A DNA stretch of 64,000 bases, taken from contig CAWHIJ010000003.1 in the NCBI GenBank assembly GCA_963829525.1, forward strand, positions 2,112,001 to 2,176,000. The letters are read 5' to 3'. The notes beneath the pieces were generated by a model. It saw only the letters and a program-made list of their open reading frames with translations, did no database searches and was not told the origin of the DNA. This DNA is from an uncultured Actinomycetota bacterium (GTDB lineage: Bacteria; Actinomycetota; Actinomycetes; JAHEKZ01). The position numbers and the translations under genes were made by a program. Of this stretch, positions 19,938-30,075 are shown piece by piece; within the stretch, counting starts at the first letter, position 1; each line of letters begins with the position of its first letter.

Positions 19938-22427
19938 TCAGGCGTTCCTGGGCGCGACGACTGCGTCAACATCAGGAGGACACGCCTTCACCTCCTCGTC
20001 AACCACGAGGAACCTGCTCGACGCCTCCCCCATCAGCAGCGGGTCTGTCGAGCCAACTGCTACCACGGCATCGAGCGAGTCACCACCGGGCGTTGCCGTC
20101 ACGCGCACTCGATCTCCGTCGAGCACAGCTGACCACTGATCGGCTCCCAGGGCCTCCAGGAGACCATCGAGGATTGCCGCAAGCGGCGGTGGCACCTCGG
20201 CAAGTGCGTAGGCAAGGAGCTTGTCGGGGATGGGTGCAGCTGACCCCTCGCGCCACAGCACCCGAGCCGTCAGCCCCTGCGACCGCAGCCGCGTTCCGAT
20301 CGCCGAACGGGTACGACCCAGCTCGTCCGCAAGCTGCGACGCGAGCGCCCCTCCGGCAAAACCCTCGGCCAGCCGGGCGTCCTCGGTGTCGGTCCAACGC
20401 TTGCCGCGCCGGTCGGACTCGTCGGCGACGTCTGCGGTAGCTGCGGCAGCTCCGGCGACCACCGCGCGCTCGGGCACCGGCAGCACCGGAGGCGCAGCAG
20501 CGTCGATCTTGGCCAGCGAAGCCCGGACGAGAGCGCCGTCGGTGGTCGGCCACATGGGTGGCAGGGAGGCGCGGATGAAGTCGGCGTAGCGGGCGTTGGC
20601 CAGGCGCGAGTCGAGCACGGCGACCACCCCCACGTCGTCGGCTCCCCTGATCAGCCGGCCGGCCCCTTGAGCGAGCCGCAGCGAGGCCTGGGTGGCCGAC
20701 ACCTGCATGAACCCGCTGCCCCCGTGCGACTCGACGTAGCGCGCCCGCGCGGAGGCGAGCGGGTCGTCCGGACGCGGGAACGGCAGCCGGTCGATGACGA
20801 CCAGCTGCAGCGCCGACCCCGGGACGTCCACCCCCTGCCAGAGCGAGAGCGTGCCGAACAGGCACGTCTGCGCGTCCGACGCGAAGGCCCGAACCAGCTC
20901 GGAGATCGCATCCTCGCCCTGGCAGAGCACCGGAACCTCAAGCCGCTGGCGCATCTCCTCCGCCGCCTGCTGGGCTGCCCGCATCGACGAGAAGAGCCCC
21001 AGCGTGCGCCCGCCCGCCGCCTCGATCAGGTCCGCGAGCTCGACCAGCGTTGCCTCGCCCAGGCCGTCGCGACCGGGAGGTGGCAGCTGCGCCGCCATGT
21101 AGAGGATCGCCTGCTTGCCGTACTCGAACGGCGAGCCAACATCGAGACCACGCCAGGGCGGCGCACCCTCACCCGTCAGGCCCACGCCACGCGCCACCGG
21201 CTCGAACCCCCCGCCGAGCTCGAGCGTTGCCGACGTGAGCACAACCTTGCGTTCTTCGAAGAGCCCGGCGCGCAGCAACCCTCCGACAAAGAGCGGCGCG
21301 CGATACAACGTCGGCGGACGTCGCTCTGGCTTGGTGAGCCAGACGACGTCCTGCTCACCGGCGACGACGAGCCGTCCCGCGACCTCGTGCACCTCCTCGA
21401 CTGCGGCACGCGCCCGCACCCGGCTCGCCACGTCCTCGTCACCGCTCTTGGTGGTTCCTATGGCCGAGAGCGCGTCGTGGCCGCCGTCGCGCACCGCGAC
21501 CAGAACGTCGAAGAGGTGGCCGGAGACCTCGGTCAGCCGACCCTCAGTCTCCTCGGCGAGCACCGCGTCCAGCGCCGCAGCGGCGTCCAGGAGCCGCTGG
21601 GTCGGCGCCTCGCCGGCGAACTTCCTGCCGCGCCTGGCAGCGCGCTCGACCATGGGCGCGGTGAGCTCGTCGGTGACGGCGCCGGTCGCGCGATCGGCGA
21701 GCTCGTGAGCCTCGTCGACGACGATCACGTCGGACTCCGGCAGCAACCGGGCGTCGGAGAGCGAGTCGATGGCGAGCATCGCGTGGTTGGTGACGACGAC
21801 GTCAGCCTCGCGTGCCCGCTCGCGGGCGATCTCGGCCCAGCAGTCGTCGGCGAACGGGCAGCGTTGGGCGCCCAGGCACTCGTGCGGCGTCACCGAGAGG
21901 CTGCGCCAGGCCCGCTCGTCGGGAGCCGGGAGAACCTCGTCGCGGTCGCCGGTCTCGGTCTGCTCGGCCCACTTGCGGATCCGGACGACGTCGCGGCCGG
22001 CCTTCGACGTGGGCGTCGGTGCGAAGAGGGCGTCCTCGTCGTCCGGCTCCTGCTCCCCGGTGTTGAGCCGGTGCAGGCAGAGGTAGTTGCTGCGTCCCTT
22101 GAGCATCGCGAAGACCGGACGGCGCCCGAGCAGCGGCTCGAGCGAGTCGACGAGGCGCGGCAGGTCGCGGTCGACGAGTTGCCGCTGCAGCGCGATCGTG
22201 GCGGTCGAGATGATGGCGCTGTCGTGGTGGGCGAGGACCGGCACCAGGTAGGCCAGCGACTTTCCGGTGCCGGTTCCAGCCTGCACCAACAGGTGCTCGC
22301 CGGTTTCGAGGGTGTCGGCGACGGCCTCAGCCATCTGTTGCTGACCCGCGCGTGGTGTCCCGCCGATGGCCTCGACGGCTGCCTGGAGCAGCTCGCGCAC
22401 GCTGGGTGGCGTTGGGGTTTCGGACAC
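19938..22427 (-). CDS. dinG: DinG-family ATP-dependent DNA helicase with C-terminal extension
   Basis: QAGTGTGKS, KGRSNYLC, Fe-S cysteines, DEAH, TSATL and QGAGRLIR. Confidence 0.93.
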   Translation of the reverse strand: MSETPTPPSVRELLQAAVEAIGGTPRAGQQQMAEAVADTLETGEHLLVQAGTGTGKSLAYLVPVLAHHDSAIISTATIALQRQLVDRDLPRLVDSLEPLLGRRPVFAMLKGRSNYLCLHRLNTGEQEPDDEDALFAPTPTSKAGRDVVRIRKWAEQTETGDRDEVLPAPDERAWRSLSVTPHECLGAQRCPFADDCWAEIARERAREADVVVTNHAMLAIDSLSDARLLPESDVIVVDEAHELADRATGAVTDELTAPMVERAARRGRKFAGEAPTQRLLDAAAALDAVLAEETEGRLTEVSGHLFDVLVAVRDGGHDALSAIGTTKSGDEDVASRVRARAAVEEVHEVAGRLVVAGEQDVVWLTKPERRPPTLYRAPLFVGGLLRAGLFEERKVVLTSATLELGGGFEPVARGVGLTGEGAPPWRGLDVGSPFEYGKQAILYMAAQLPPPGRDGLGEATLVELADLIEAAGGRTLGLFSSMRAAQQAAEEMRQRLEVPVLCQGEDAISELVRAFASDAQTCLFGTLSLWQGVDVPGSALQLVVIDRLPFPRPDDPLASARARYVESHGGSGFMQVSATQASLRLAQGAGRLIRGADDVGVVAVLDSRLANARYADFIRASLPPMWPTTDGALVRASLAKIDAAAPPVLPVPERAVVAGAAAATADVADESDRRGKRWTDTEDARLAEGFAGGALASQLADELGRTRSAIGTRLRSQGLTARVLWREGSAAPIPDKLLAYALAEVPPPLAAILDGLLEALGADQWSAVLDGDRVRVTATPGGDSLDAVVAVGSTDPLLMGEASSRFLVVDEEVKACPPDVDAVVAPRNA

Positions 22428-22477
22428 CGGGCCAGCCTAGGGCGAGCCGCCGTCAGGGAGTCCCACCGTCCACACCG

Positions 22478-23098
22478 TCACCTCCGACCCAGGTCGGACG
22501 CCATGCCGGCCAGTGCGTAGCGGCGCGCCCACCGCGCGTCGTGACCGGGTACCTCAAGGCGCACCTGCTCGGCGATGCCGTTCATCAGCAGCACCCACCG
22601 CAGCGCGAAGGCGTCCACCTCCGACGCCTCGTGCGCGACGAAGTCTCCGCTCTCGACTCCCCGGGCGACCCACTCGCCGAGGTCAGCGATCCACCCCTGT
22701 TCGAGCTCGGCGATCTGCGCCTGCCCTTCGACGTCGCCAGGGGGTTGCGCGCTGACCTGCGCCCAGAGGTTCCAGCGTGGGTCGACAGCTGAGACCGGCA
22801 GGTACAGGTCCACAAACCGCTCGATCGCCCGCCACGGTGACCGGTACCTGGCCAGCTCTGCGCGACGTTGCTCTGCCAACTCGGTCTCGCTCCACCGCAA
22901 CGTCTCCAGGAGCACCCGGTCCTTGCGGCCGAAGTAGTACAGGATGTGGCCGGGGCTCATCCCGACGCGGTCAGAGATGTCCTTGAGTCGGACGCCATCG
23001 GCCCCCCGTTCGGCGAAGGCGTCAACGGCAGCAAGCAGCACGCGCCGTCGCTGGTCAGGGCGTTCCTCAGGCACCTTCGACGCCACTCGGCCGCTCAC
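22478..23098 (-). CDS. TetR-family (BetI-type C-terminus) regulator
   Basis: AAVDAFAERG..DISDRVGMSPGHILYYF HTH. Confidence 0.85.
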   Translation of the reverse strand: MSGRVASKVPEERPDQRRRVLLAAVDAFAERGADGVRLKDISDRVGMSPGHILYYFGRKDRVLLETLRWSETELAEQRRAELARYRSPWRAIERFVDLYLPVSAVDPRWNLWAQVSAQPPGDVEGQAQIAELEQGWIADLGEWVARGVESGDFVAHEASEVDAFALRWVLLMNGIAEQVRLEVPGHDARWARRYALAGMASDLGRR

Positions 23099-23099
23099 C

Positions 23100-24755
23100 T
23101 CACAACGTCCTGTGCACGATCTGTCCGCCGACCATCGTGAGGTCGACCTGCGCCTCGAGCAGCTCGGCCGGTTCCAGCGCGAAGAGGTTGGCCGAGAAGA
23201 CCGCAAGGTCGGCATACGACCCGACTCGCAGGTCTCCCCGGTCGTCCTCGGCGTAGACCGAGTAGGCGCTCCCCCAGGTATACGCGCGCAAGGCAGTCTC
23301 GAGATCAACGCACTCCTCAGAGACCCACGAACGCGCCCCGTCGAGGTCGGCACGTGTCAACGCTGTGTAGAGGCCGACGAGCGGATCCATCTCCGCCACG
23401 TTCCAGTCGCTGGAGAATGCCAGCGTGGCGCCGCGGTCGGCCAGGCTCCGCATGGGCCAGGCATAGCGCCACCGCTGCTGGCCCACGTTCTCTCGCCACT
23501 GCTGGACGATCTCGGGTGCGCAGTGCCTCGGCTGCATGCAGGCCACCACACCGAGCTCGGCAAAGCGGTCGAGGTCGCGCTCGTCGGTGCACTCGACATG
23601 CACAATCTGATGGCGAGTGTCGCGGTGTTCGTTCCGCGATCTCGCGGCGGCGAACGCGTCAAGGGCTGTGCTGATCCCCCTGTCTCCTGTCGCATGGACG
23701 AAGCACGGGAAACCGCGTCGGTCGAGCTCGGTGACGACGTCGGCAAACTCGTCAGGGTCGTAGTAGGTCTTCCCACGGGTGTCCGGTCGGTTGGCGTACG
23801 GCTCGAACATCGCAGCGGTGTGCGGCTCGACGATGTCGTCTATGTACAGCTTGACCGGCAACACCTTCAACCAGTCATCGGGGTACCGCCTCCGGGCTAC
23901 CTCGAAGGCATCGAGAGTTGCAGCAGACGTGCCGACCGGGTGAAAGAGAGCGGCGACAACCCTGGTGGGTGCTGCTCCTTCGGCGCGGGCGCGCTCGAAG
24001 AGCGCGAGGTCGTCGATGGAGTTCTGCGGCTCGACGACCGTGGTAATCCCGTACTTCGCCGCCATCTGTAGCCCGGCCACGACACGGCTGTACTGAGCAT
24101 CGAGGGAGTAGGCGGGCGAAACCTGCTGCAGCGCCTTCTGGCCGGCGTCCTCAATCCCCTTGACGGCAAAATCGGCAACGTAACCGGTGGGACGTCCATC
24201 GGCATCACGCTCAACCGTGCCCCATGGAACGTCACCGGAACCCTCCCCGATCCCGAAGGCTTCGAGCGCCGGGCCGTTCAGGACTGCGGCGTGCACGCTG
24301 TAGTCGAGCAACATCACCGGACGGCCCTCGCCTGCGCCGTCGAGGTCCTCGGCCCGAGGGTGGCGCGCTTCGGGAAGCGCCGCGTAGTCAAACCCTTCAC
24401 CGTGCACCCAGGTGGCAGACGGGTTCTCGGTCAGCCAGCCGGCAATGGCGGCACGCACACCGCCCAAAGTCGTGGCACCAGCCAGCTGAACGGCGTCACT
24501 GCCCGTACCCAGACGGACGTGATTGTGCGCATCGACGATGCCCGGCGTGACAAGCCGTCCCTCGAGATCGATGACCTCAGATGCATCGTCTGAAAAACGA
24601 TCTGCTTCAGCATCCGCGCCAACCCAGGCGATCCGGTCACCGCGCAGGGCAATGGCTTCGGCGATCGGGGCGTTGCTGTTCCCCGTCCACACCACGCCTC
24701 CGCGCAGCAGCCGGATTGCCGGTTCCCCCTCGCGGGCGCTCTCATGGTCAGCCAT
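23100..24755 (-). CDS. Amidohydrolase_3 family metallohydrolase (YtcJ/NfdA-like)
   Basis: PGIVDAHNH, KLYID, HATGD, HVE and FSSDW motifs. Confidence 0.9.
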   Translation of the reverse strand: MADHESAREGEPAIRLLRGGVVWTGNSNAPIAEAIALRGDRIAWVGADAEADRFSDDASEVIDLEGRLVTPGIVDAHNHVRLGTGSDAVQLAGATTLGGVRAAIAGWLTENPSATWVHGEGFDYAALPEARHPRAEDLDGAGEGRPVMLLDYSVHAAVLNGPALEAFGIGEGSGDVPWGTVERDADGRPTGYVADFAVKGIEDAGQKALQQVSPAYSLDAQYSRVVAGLQMAAKYGITTVVEPQNSIDDLALFERARAEGAAPTRVVAALFHPVGTSAATLDAFEVARRRYPDDWLKVLPVKLYIDDIVEPHTAAMFEPYANRPDTRGKTYYDPDEFADVVTELDRRGFPCFVHATGDRGISTALDAFAAARSRNEHRDTRHQIVHVECTDERDLDRFAELGVVACMQPRHCAPEIVQQWRENVGQQRWRYAWPMRSLADRGATLAFSSDWNVAEMDPLVGLYTALTRADLDGARSWVSEECVDLETALRAYTWGSAYSVYAEDDRGDLRVGSYADLAVFSANLFALEPAELLEAQVDLTMVGGQIVHRTL

Positions 24756-24760
24756 GATGG

Positions 24761-24792
24761 TATTGAATCTCATTCTAGTATCTGATTCAATA
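24761..24792. promoter_or_regulatory. AT-rich inverted repeat in the divergent promoter (probable TetR operator)
   Basis: TATTGAATC-N14-GATTCAATA in a 57-bp intergenic gap. Confidence 0.6.
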
Positions 24793-24812
24793 CCGACGAC
24801 GAAAGGATTCCC

Positions 24813-26003
24813 GTGACTCTCTACACCACGACCCGCCAGTCCATGTCGGGTCAGCGCCTGTCTCGTCGCTCGTTTCTGGCCACGAGCGCTGCTGGCGCGG
24901 CCGTCGTCGGCGCCCCCTTCCTCTCCGGCTGCGGGAGCAGTGAGCAGGCCGAGCCGGTGCAGGACCAGTCGGCCACCGACAACTCGCTGTCGGTATCGAA
25001 CTGGGCGCTCTACATCGACACCGACCGCAAGGGCCCCGACCAGTTCCCGTCGGTTGCGGCATTCGAGGACGAGACCGGGATCGATGTCACGTACCGAGAG
25101 GACATCACCGCCAACGACGAGTTCTTTGCCAAGATCCGCCCCCAGCTGGTCAAGGGCGAGGGCGTCGACCGCGACATCATCGTGATGACCGACTGGATGG
25201 CGGCACGGCTGATCCGTCTGGGCTACGTCAACGAGCTCAACACCGAGGCGATCCCCAACGCCAAGAACCTGCTCCCGTCGTTGAAGTCCCCCAGCTTTGA
25301 CCCCGAGCGCCAGTACTCGATGCCTTGGCAGTCGGGGTTCACCTCGATCGCCTACAACTCCGGCGCGGTCGACGCTCCCGTCACCTCGATGACCGAGATG
25401 CTCACGCGCCCCGACCTCGCCGGTAAGGTCGCTGTCTTCACCGAGATGCGCGACACCATCGGCCTGATCATGCTTGACCAAGGAGCAGATCCATCCGACT
25501 TCACCGATGAGCAGTTCGACGCCGCCATCGCGCTGCTGCAGGAGTCGGTCGACTCCGGACATGTGCGCCAGTTCGCTGACGCCAACTACGGCCAGTCCCT
25601 GTCGAAGGGCAACTTCGGCGCGTCGATGACGTACTCCGGCGACATCAACCAGCTCCGGCTCGACAACCCGGACCTTCAGCTCGTCATCCCTGACGCGGGC
25701 TTCATTCTCTGGTCGGACAACCTGCTTGTTCCTGTGGGTGCGCTCCACCAGGCCAACGCCGAGAAGTGGATCAACTTCTTCTACCGCCCCGACATCGCGG
25801 CGCAGGTGGCCGCATGGGTCAACTTCATCACGCCCGTCGTCGGCGCCAAGGAGGAGCTGAAGAAGATCGACCCAGACCTGGCATCGAACGAACTGATCTT
25901 CCCGAGCGAAGAGTTCCTGGCCCAGGGGAAGATCTTCAAAGCGCTCGACGCCGACGAAGAGGCTCGTTACCAGGACGCCTTCAACGCTGTACGCGGGCTC
26001 TAG
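24813..26003 (+). CDS. Spermidine/putrescine ABC substrate-binding lipoprotein (PotD/PotF-like), Tat-exported
   Basis: SRRSFL Tat motif, LSGC lipobox, NW..YID, PWQSG, WSDN and INF.Y.P motifs. Confidence 0.9.
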   Translation: MTLYTTTRQSMSGQRLSRRSFLATSAAGAAVVGAPFLSGCGSSEQAEPVQDQSATDNSLSVSNWALYIDTDRKGPDQFPSVAAFEDETGIDVTYREDITANDEFFAKIRPQLVKGEGVDRDIIVMTDWMAARLIRLGYVNELNTEAIPNAKNLLPSLKSPSFDPERQYSMPWQSGFTSIAYNSGAVDAPVTSMTEMLTRPDLAGKVAVFTEMRDTIGLIMLDQGADPSDFTDEQFDAAIALLQESVDSGHVRQFADANYGQSLSKGNFGASMTYSGDINQLRLDNPDLQLVIPDAGFILWSDNLLVPVGALHQANAEKWINFFYRPDIAAQVAAWVNFITPVVGAKEELKKIDPDLASNELIFPSEEFLAQGKIFKALDADEEARYQDAFNAVRGL

Positions 26004-27445
26004 CGCACCGGGTCCAGCTCACCCAACGCCGCCGCCAAGTCCGGGTGCACCCTTGCTGTGACCATCGTGCCGTCCTCACGGTGCTCCTCACTCAGCACCT
26101 CACCCTCGGTATGCATCCGCGAGACTAGATCACCCCGGTCATAAGGCACGACGACCTCCACATCGACGGGAGGATGCGGAAGCGCCGCCTCAATGCGCTC
26201 GCGTAGCTCATCGATACCCAAACCGGTGTGCGCTGAGACAGTGACTGCCCCAGGCTCAAGGCGACACAGCCGCGCGACCGTCATCGGGTCAGCAAGGTCA
26301 GCCTTGTTGATGACGACGATCTCGGGCAAGTTCTCAGCACCGATCTCAGCCAGAACTTCACGTACCGACGTCAGCTGCCGCTCCGGATCGGCGTCAGAGC
26401 CATCGACGACGTGAAGCACGAGATCAGCATCGGTCACTTCATCCAGCGTCGACCGAAACGCCTCCACCAGCTGGTGCGGGAGGTGACGAACGAACCCCAC
26501 TGTGTCAGCAAGTGTGTAGAGCCGGCCGTCGCTGGAGTGCGCCTTGCGCACGGTCGGGTCGAGGGTCGCGAAGAGGGAGTTGTCGACGAGGACTCCAGCA
26601 CCGGTGAGCCGGTTCATCAGACTGGACTTGCCCGCGTTGGTGTATCCGGCAAACGCCACGGCCGGCACGCGGTTGGCTTTGCGCTGTCCCCGCTTGGTGA
26701 CGCGAGAGGTCTCCATCGCCCGAAGCTCGCGTCGCAGCTTGGCGACCTTGTCGCGAATACGCCGCCGATCGGTCTCGATCTTGGTCTCGCCAGGACCTCG
26801 CGTCCCGACGCCGCCGCTTGCGCCACCCGCGCGCCCACCAGCCTGGCGCGAAAGCGACTCACCCCATCCGCGAAGTCGTGGCATGAGGTACTGCATCTGC
26901 GCCAGCGAAACCTGAGCCTTGCCCTCTCGGCTCTTCGCATGCTGGGCGAAGATGTCCAGGATGAGCCAGGTGCGGTCGACAACCTTGACCTGGACGACGT
27001 TCTCGAGCTGGATCAGCTGACCAGGTGTCAGCTCGCCGTCGCAGATCACGGTGTCGGCGGCGTGCTCGATCACGATGTCACGCAGCTCGCGCGCTTTGCC
27101 CGATCCGATGTAGGTGGCGGCGTCCGGCTTGTCGCGGCGCTGGATGACGCCGTCGAGCACCTCAGCACCTGCCGTCTCGGCCAACGCCGAGAGCTCACGC
27201 AGCGAATTCTCCGCATCGGTGATGCTCCCCGATGTCCACACGCCCACCAGGACGACCCGTTCCAGGCGGACCTGCCGGTACTCGACCTCGGAGACGTCCT
27301 GCAGCTCGGTCGACAATCCCCCGACTCGGCGAAGGGCCGATCGGTCTTCGAGGTCGAGCGTTCCCACGTCGGGATCGGCCGCCGGACCAGTCGGCTTGGT
27401 CGACCGCACTGAGGCTGGAACGGAAGCAGGGGTTGTATCTGTCAT
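26000..27445 (-). CDS. hflX: Ribosome-splitting GTPase HflX
   Basis: RGPGETKIE, GYTNAGKSS, LFATLDPT, DTVGF and NKAD. Confidence 0.96.
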   Translation of the reverse strand: MTDTTPASVPASVRSTKPTGPAADPDVGTLDLEDRSALRRVGGLSTELQDVSEVEYRQVRLERVVLVGVWTSGSITDAENSLRELSALAETAGAEVLDGVIQRRDKPDAATYIGSGKARELRDIVIEHAADTVICDGELTPGQLIQLENVVQVKVVDRTWLILDIFAQHAKSREGKAQVSLAQMQYLMPRLRGWGESLSRQAGGRAGGASGGVGTRGPGETKIETDRRRIRDKVAKLRRELRAMETSRVTKRGQRKANRVPAVAFAGYTNAGKSSLMNRLTGAGVLVDNSLFATLDPTVRKAHSSDGRLYTLADTVGFVRHLPHQLVEAFRSTLDEVTDADLVLHVVDGSDADPERQLTSVREVLAEIGAENLPEIVVINKADLADPMTVARLCRLEPGAVTVSAHTGLGIDELRERIEAALPHPPVDVEVVVPYDRGDLVSRMHTEGEVLSEEHREDGTMVTARVHPDLAAALGELDPVR

Positions 27446-27542
27446 CACCTCCCAGGATCTCACGCCTGGCAAATGGTTTCAGATCGGCATGAGTGCAGAC
27501 GTCCGGAACAGCGGACAGTCAGCGTCGAGGACGGCTCCAGCC

Positions 27543-28304
27543 TCAGCTGAACGCATAGACGTGGGCGGCCTGAAGCAGGTCGACGAGCTCGGTCTGCTCA
27601 CTGGCAGTCAGCCCGTCGTAGGCAACGGCCGCGAGGTCGTCGGTCAACTCCTCGACGCGCGCCCGGAGCGCACGGTCGGCGTCGGTCACCTCCGGGAACG
27701 GGGGCTCCCACCCGTACTCGCGGGCATTCTGCTCCCCGCCTTGGTTCGCGAGAATCGCGATCAACGGATCGAGCTGCAACGCAACGAGGGCAACGCCGTG
27801 GCAGGCGCCGCGATGTTCACGCAACACCTGCAGCACCTGGGCGCAGCGCTCAGCACCGAAGGCTGGCCCGGCATCTGGTAGCGGAACAGCCCGCCAGCCT
27901 GCGAACAAGGGCAGCCCGACGATATCGGAGGAATCGATCACCTTCTGGCCAAGCTCTGCGAGGCGATCGGCCCCCATCAACCCCGCGAGTCGGTCACGCC
28001 CCCACTGGTGACAGACCGCGAGGTAACGGCTGAGCCCCTCCGCCGGTGTCATGAGGGCGCGGGCGATCCCCCACTCACGACGCAGGTGGTCAGCCGGGAA
28101 GAAGAATGCTGCCGCGAGGATGACGTCGGTGTCGACATCCCCGAGGACGCCGTGCCTGCCGAGGAAGTAGAGCTGCCATTCGACCATTCCCGCATCGGCC
28201 GTAGCCTGCTCCTCGGCCTCCCCGATCATCCAGTTGCCGCCGAGGTCGCCAATCGGCCCCTTGGCAGCAACTGCCGTTGCTCTCGCCTGTTGTGATGCGG
28301 TCAT
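27543..28304 (-). CDS. SCO6745-like conserved actinobacterial protein
   Basis: YF.GR.GVLG, LPLFAGW, LREHRG..H and R...E..TD motifs. Confidence 0.75.
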   Translation of the reverse strand: MTASQQARATAVAAKGPIGDLGGNWMIGEAEEQATADAGMVEWQLYFLGRHGVLGDVDTDVILAAAFFFPADHLRREWGIARALMTPAEGLSRYLAVCHQWGRDRLAGLMGADRLAELGQKVIDSSDIVGLPLFAGWRAVPLPDAGPAFGAERCAQVLQVLREHRGACHGVALVALQLDPLIAILANQGGEQNAREYGWEPPFPEVTDADRALRARVEELTDDLAAVAYDGLTASEQTELVDLLQAAHVYAFS

Positions 28305-29171
28305 GCGCGCTCCGCCCACCACTGCTCGTCGAGGACGCCGCGGGCAACGATGACCGCCGGTCCCTTGAGATCAAGCTCACCGTCGGGGAGTTCGGTCACC
28401 CACACAGTTCCACCAGGAACATCGACACGAATGGTGGACGGCACCGTATCAACCGACGCGTCGGAGCGGCGTCGCCAAGCCCAGGCGGCGGCCACCGCAC
28501 CGGTGCCGCACGAGCGTGTCTCGCCCACTCCTCGCTCGTGCACGCGCATGGCGATCCGGTCTGCCGCACGCGGCACCACAAACTCGACGTTGACCCCATC
28601 GGGGAAGGCATCAGATGGTGCAACCTTTGGGGCGCTTGTGAGAGGCCCGGCGTCGGCCAGGTCGCTGACGAACACCACGGCATGCGGGTTGGGCACCCAC
28701 ACTGATGTCGCCGCCCATTCGCCACTTCCGACGTTGACTGAGATCGGGCGAGACGAGGTCGTCGCCGCCCCCATCCCCACAATCACGTCACCGTCGAGGA
28801 ATCGCACACTGCTCTCACCGCCTCTGGTCTGCACGACGAACTCGTCGGCTGCGACAAGACCCGCGTCGCGAAGGGCGAGGGCGAAGACGCGCGCGCCATT
28901 GCCGCACATCTCCGCGAGACTGCCGTCGGCGTTGCGGTAGTCCATGAACCATCCACCGTCATCTGCTGGCACCGCACGCAGTACTCCGTCGGCACCGAGC
29001 CCCTGGCGACGGTCGCAGAGTGCCCAAGCCTGACGTTCATTGAGCCCGAAGGAACCCTCGGGGTCGAAGAGCACGATGAAGTCGTTCTGGGTGCCGTGAC
29101 CTTTGAGGTAAGCCGGCGCCGATGAGGTCGGCGCTCCGCCAGCCCTCAGCCTGTCCTGACGCAGAGATCAC
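28301..29171 (-). CDS. dapF: Diaminopimelate epimerase (apparent +1 frameshift near the N-terminus)
   Basis: KGHGTQNDF, MCGNG, NPH and ERGVGETRSCGTG. The GTG at 29171 behind a TAGGCT -10 box is out of frame by one base. Confidence 0.9.
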
Positions 29172-29181
29172 GAGCCAGAGC

Positions 29182-30075
29182 CTACGCGTCCTGCCACTCG
29201 ATCCGCGGGTCGCGGCCGAACCACGACTCCTGCCGGCGGACGAACCGGCGCGTTGCGGCGACCGTGTCGTCCCGGGCCTCCTGCTCGGTGCAATCGCCAG
29301 CAAGAAAGCTCAGGACTTGGGCGTACCCGAGGGCACGGGAGGCCGTTCGACCGTCGCGAAGTCCTGCCTGCTCGAGCCTGCGCACCTCGTCGACGAAACC
29401 CGCCTGCCACATGCGGTCGACCCGCTGCTGGATGCGCTCGTCGAGTTGTGGGCGCGGAGCACGGAGCCCGATGAGCTGCACAGCGGGGTTCGGTGCGAAG
29501 GTCGGCAGCTGCGCTGAGAACGACCCACGCATGGCTATCACCTCCAATGCGCGAATGATGCGCCGCCCGTTGGTCGGCAAAATGGCGATCGCTGCCGCCG
29601 GATCCAGCTGAGCCAACCGTTCGTGCAACATTTGCGGCCCGACGCGGATCAGCTCAGCGTCCAGCTCCGATCGGACCTTGGGGTCGGTGCCGGGGATGTC
29701 CCATCGATCGATGACGGCATGGACATACATTCCCGACCCACCGACCACAATCGGCACCTTGCCCCTCGCCCGGATCCCATCGATCGCCGCGAGTGCGAGC
29801 CTCTGGTACTCGGCCAACGTTGCCGTCTTCGTGACCGGCCAGACATCAAGCAGATGGTGCGCCACCCCCCGGCGGTCTGGTTCGGTGAGCTTCGCGGTGC
29901 CGATGTCCATCCCTCTGTACACCTGCATCGAGTCGGCGTTGACGACCTCTGCGCCCGCCCCGTCGGCCTCGCGTTGCAGCGCCAGTTCGACGGCGAGATC
30001 AGATTTTCCGACGGCCGTCGCACCGACGACGGCGATCAGTCGGAGCTGACCAGGCGGACGGGCCGCCCCACTCAC
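29182..30075 (-). CDS. miaA: tRNA dimethylallyltransferase
   Basis: GATAVGKS, ADSMQVYRGMDIGTAK, GGSGMY and RRQESWF. Confidence 0.96.
   Translation of the reverse strand: MSGAARPPGQLRLIAVVGATAVGKSDLAVELALQREADGAGAEVVNADSMQVYRGMDIGTAKLTEPDRRGVAHHLLDVWPVTKTATLAEYQRLALAAIDGIRARGKVPIVVGGSGMYVHAVIDRWDIPGTDPKVRSELDAELIRVGPQMLHERLAQLDPAAAIAILPTNGRRIIRALEVIAMRGSFSAQLPTFAPNPAVQLIGLRAPRPQLDERIQQRVDRMWQAGFVDEVRRLEQAGLRDGRTASRALGYAQVLSFLAGDCTEQEARDDTVAATRRFVRRQESWFGRDPRIEWQDA

Noticed and set aside
20667-22520. Long antisense or overlapping ORFs (e.g. 20667-22520+, 15348-16775+, 56406-57785+, 48175-49428-)
   Set aside because: Shadow ORFs of high-GC coding sequence opposite well-supported genes; they have no motifs.
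24756-25748. 882-aa amidohydrolase with a long N-terminal extension
   Set aside because: The extension is the antisense of the PotD-like gene; the real start is near 24755.
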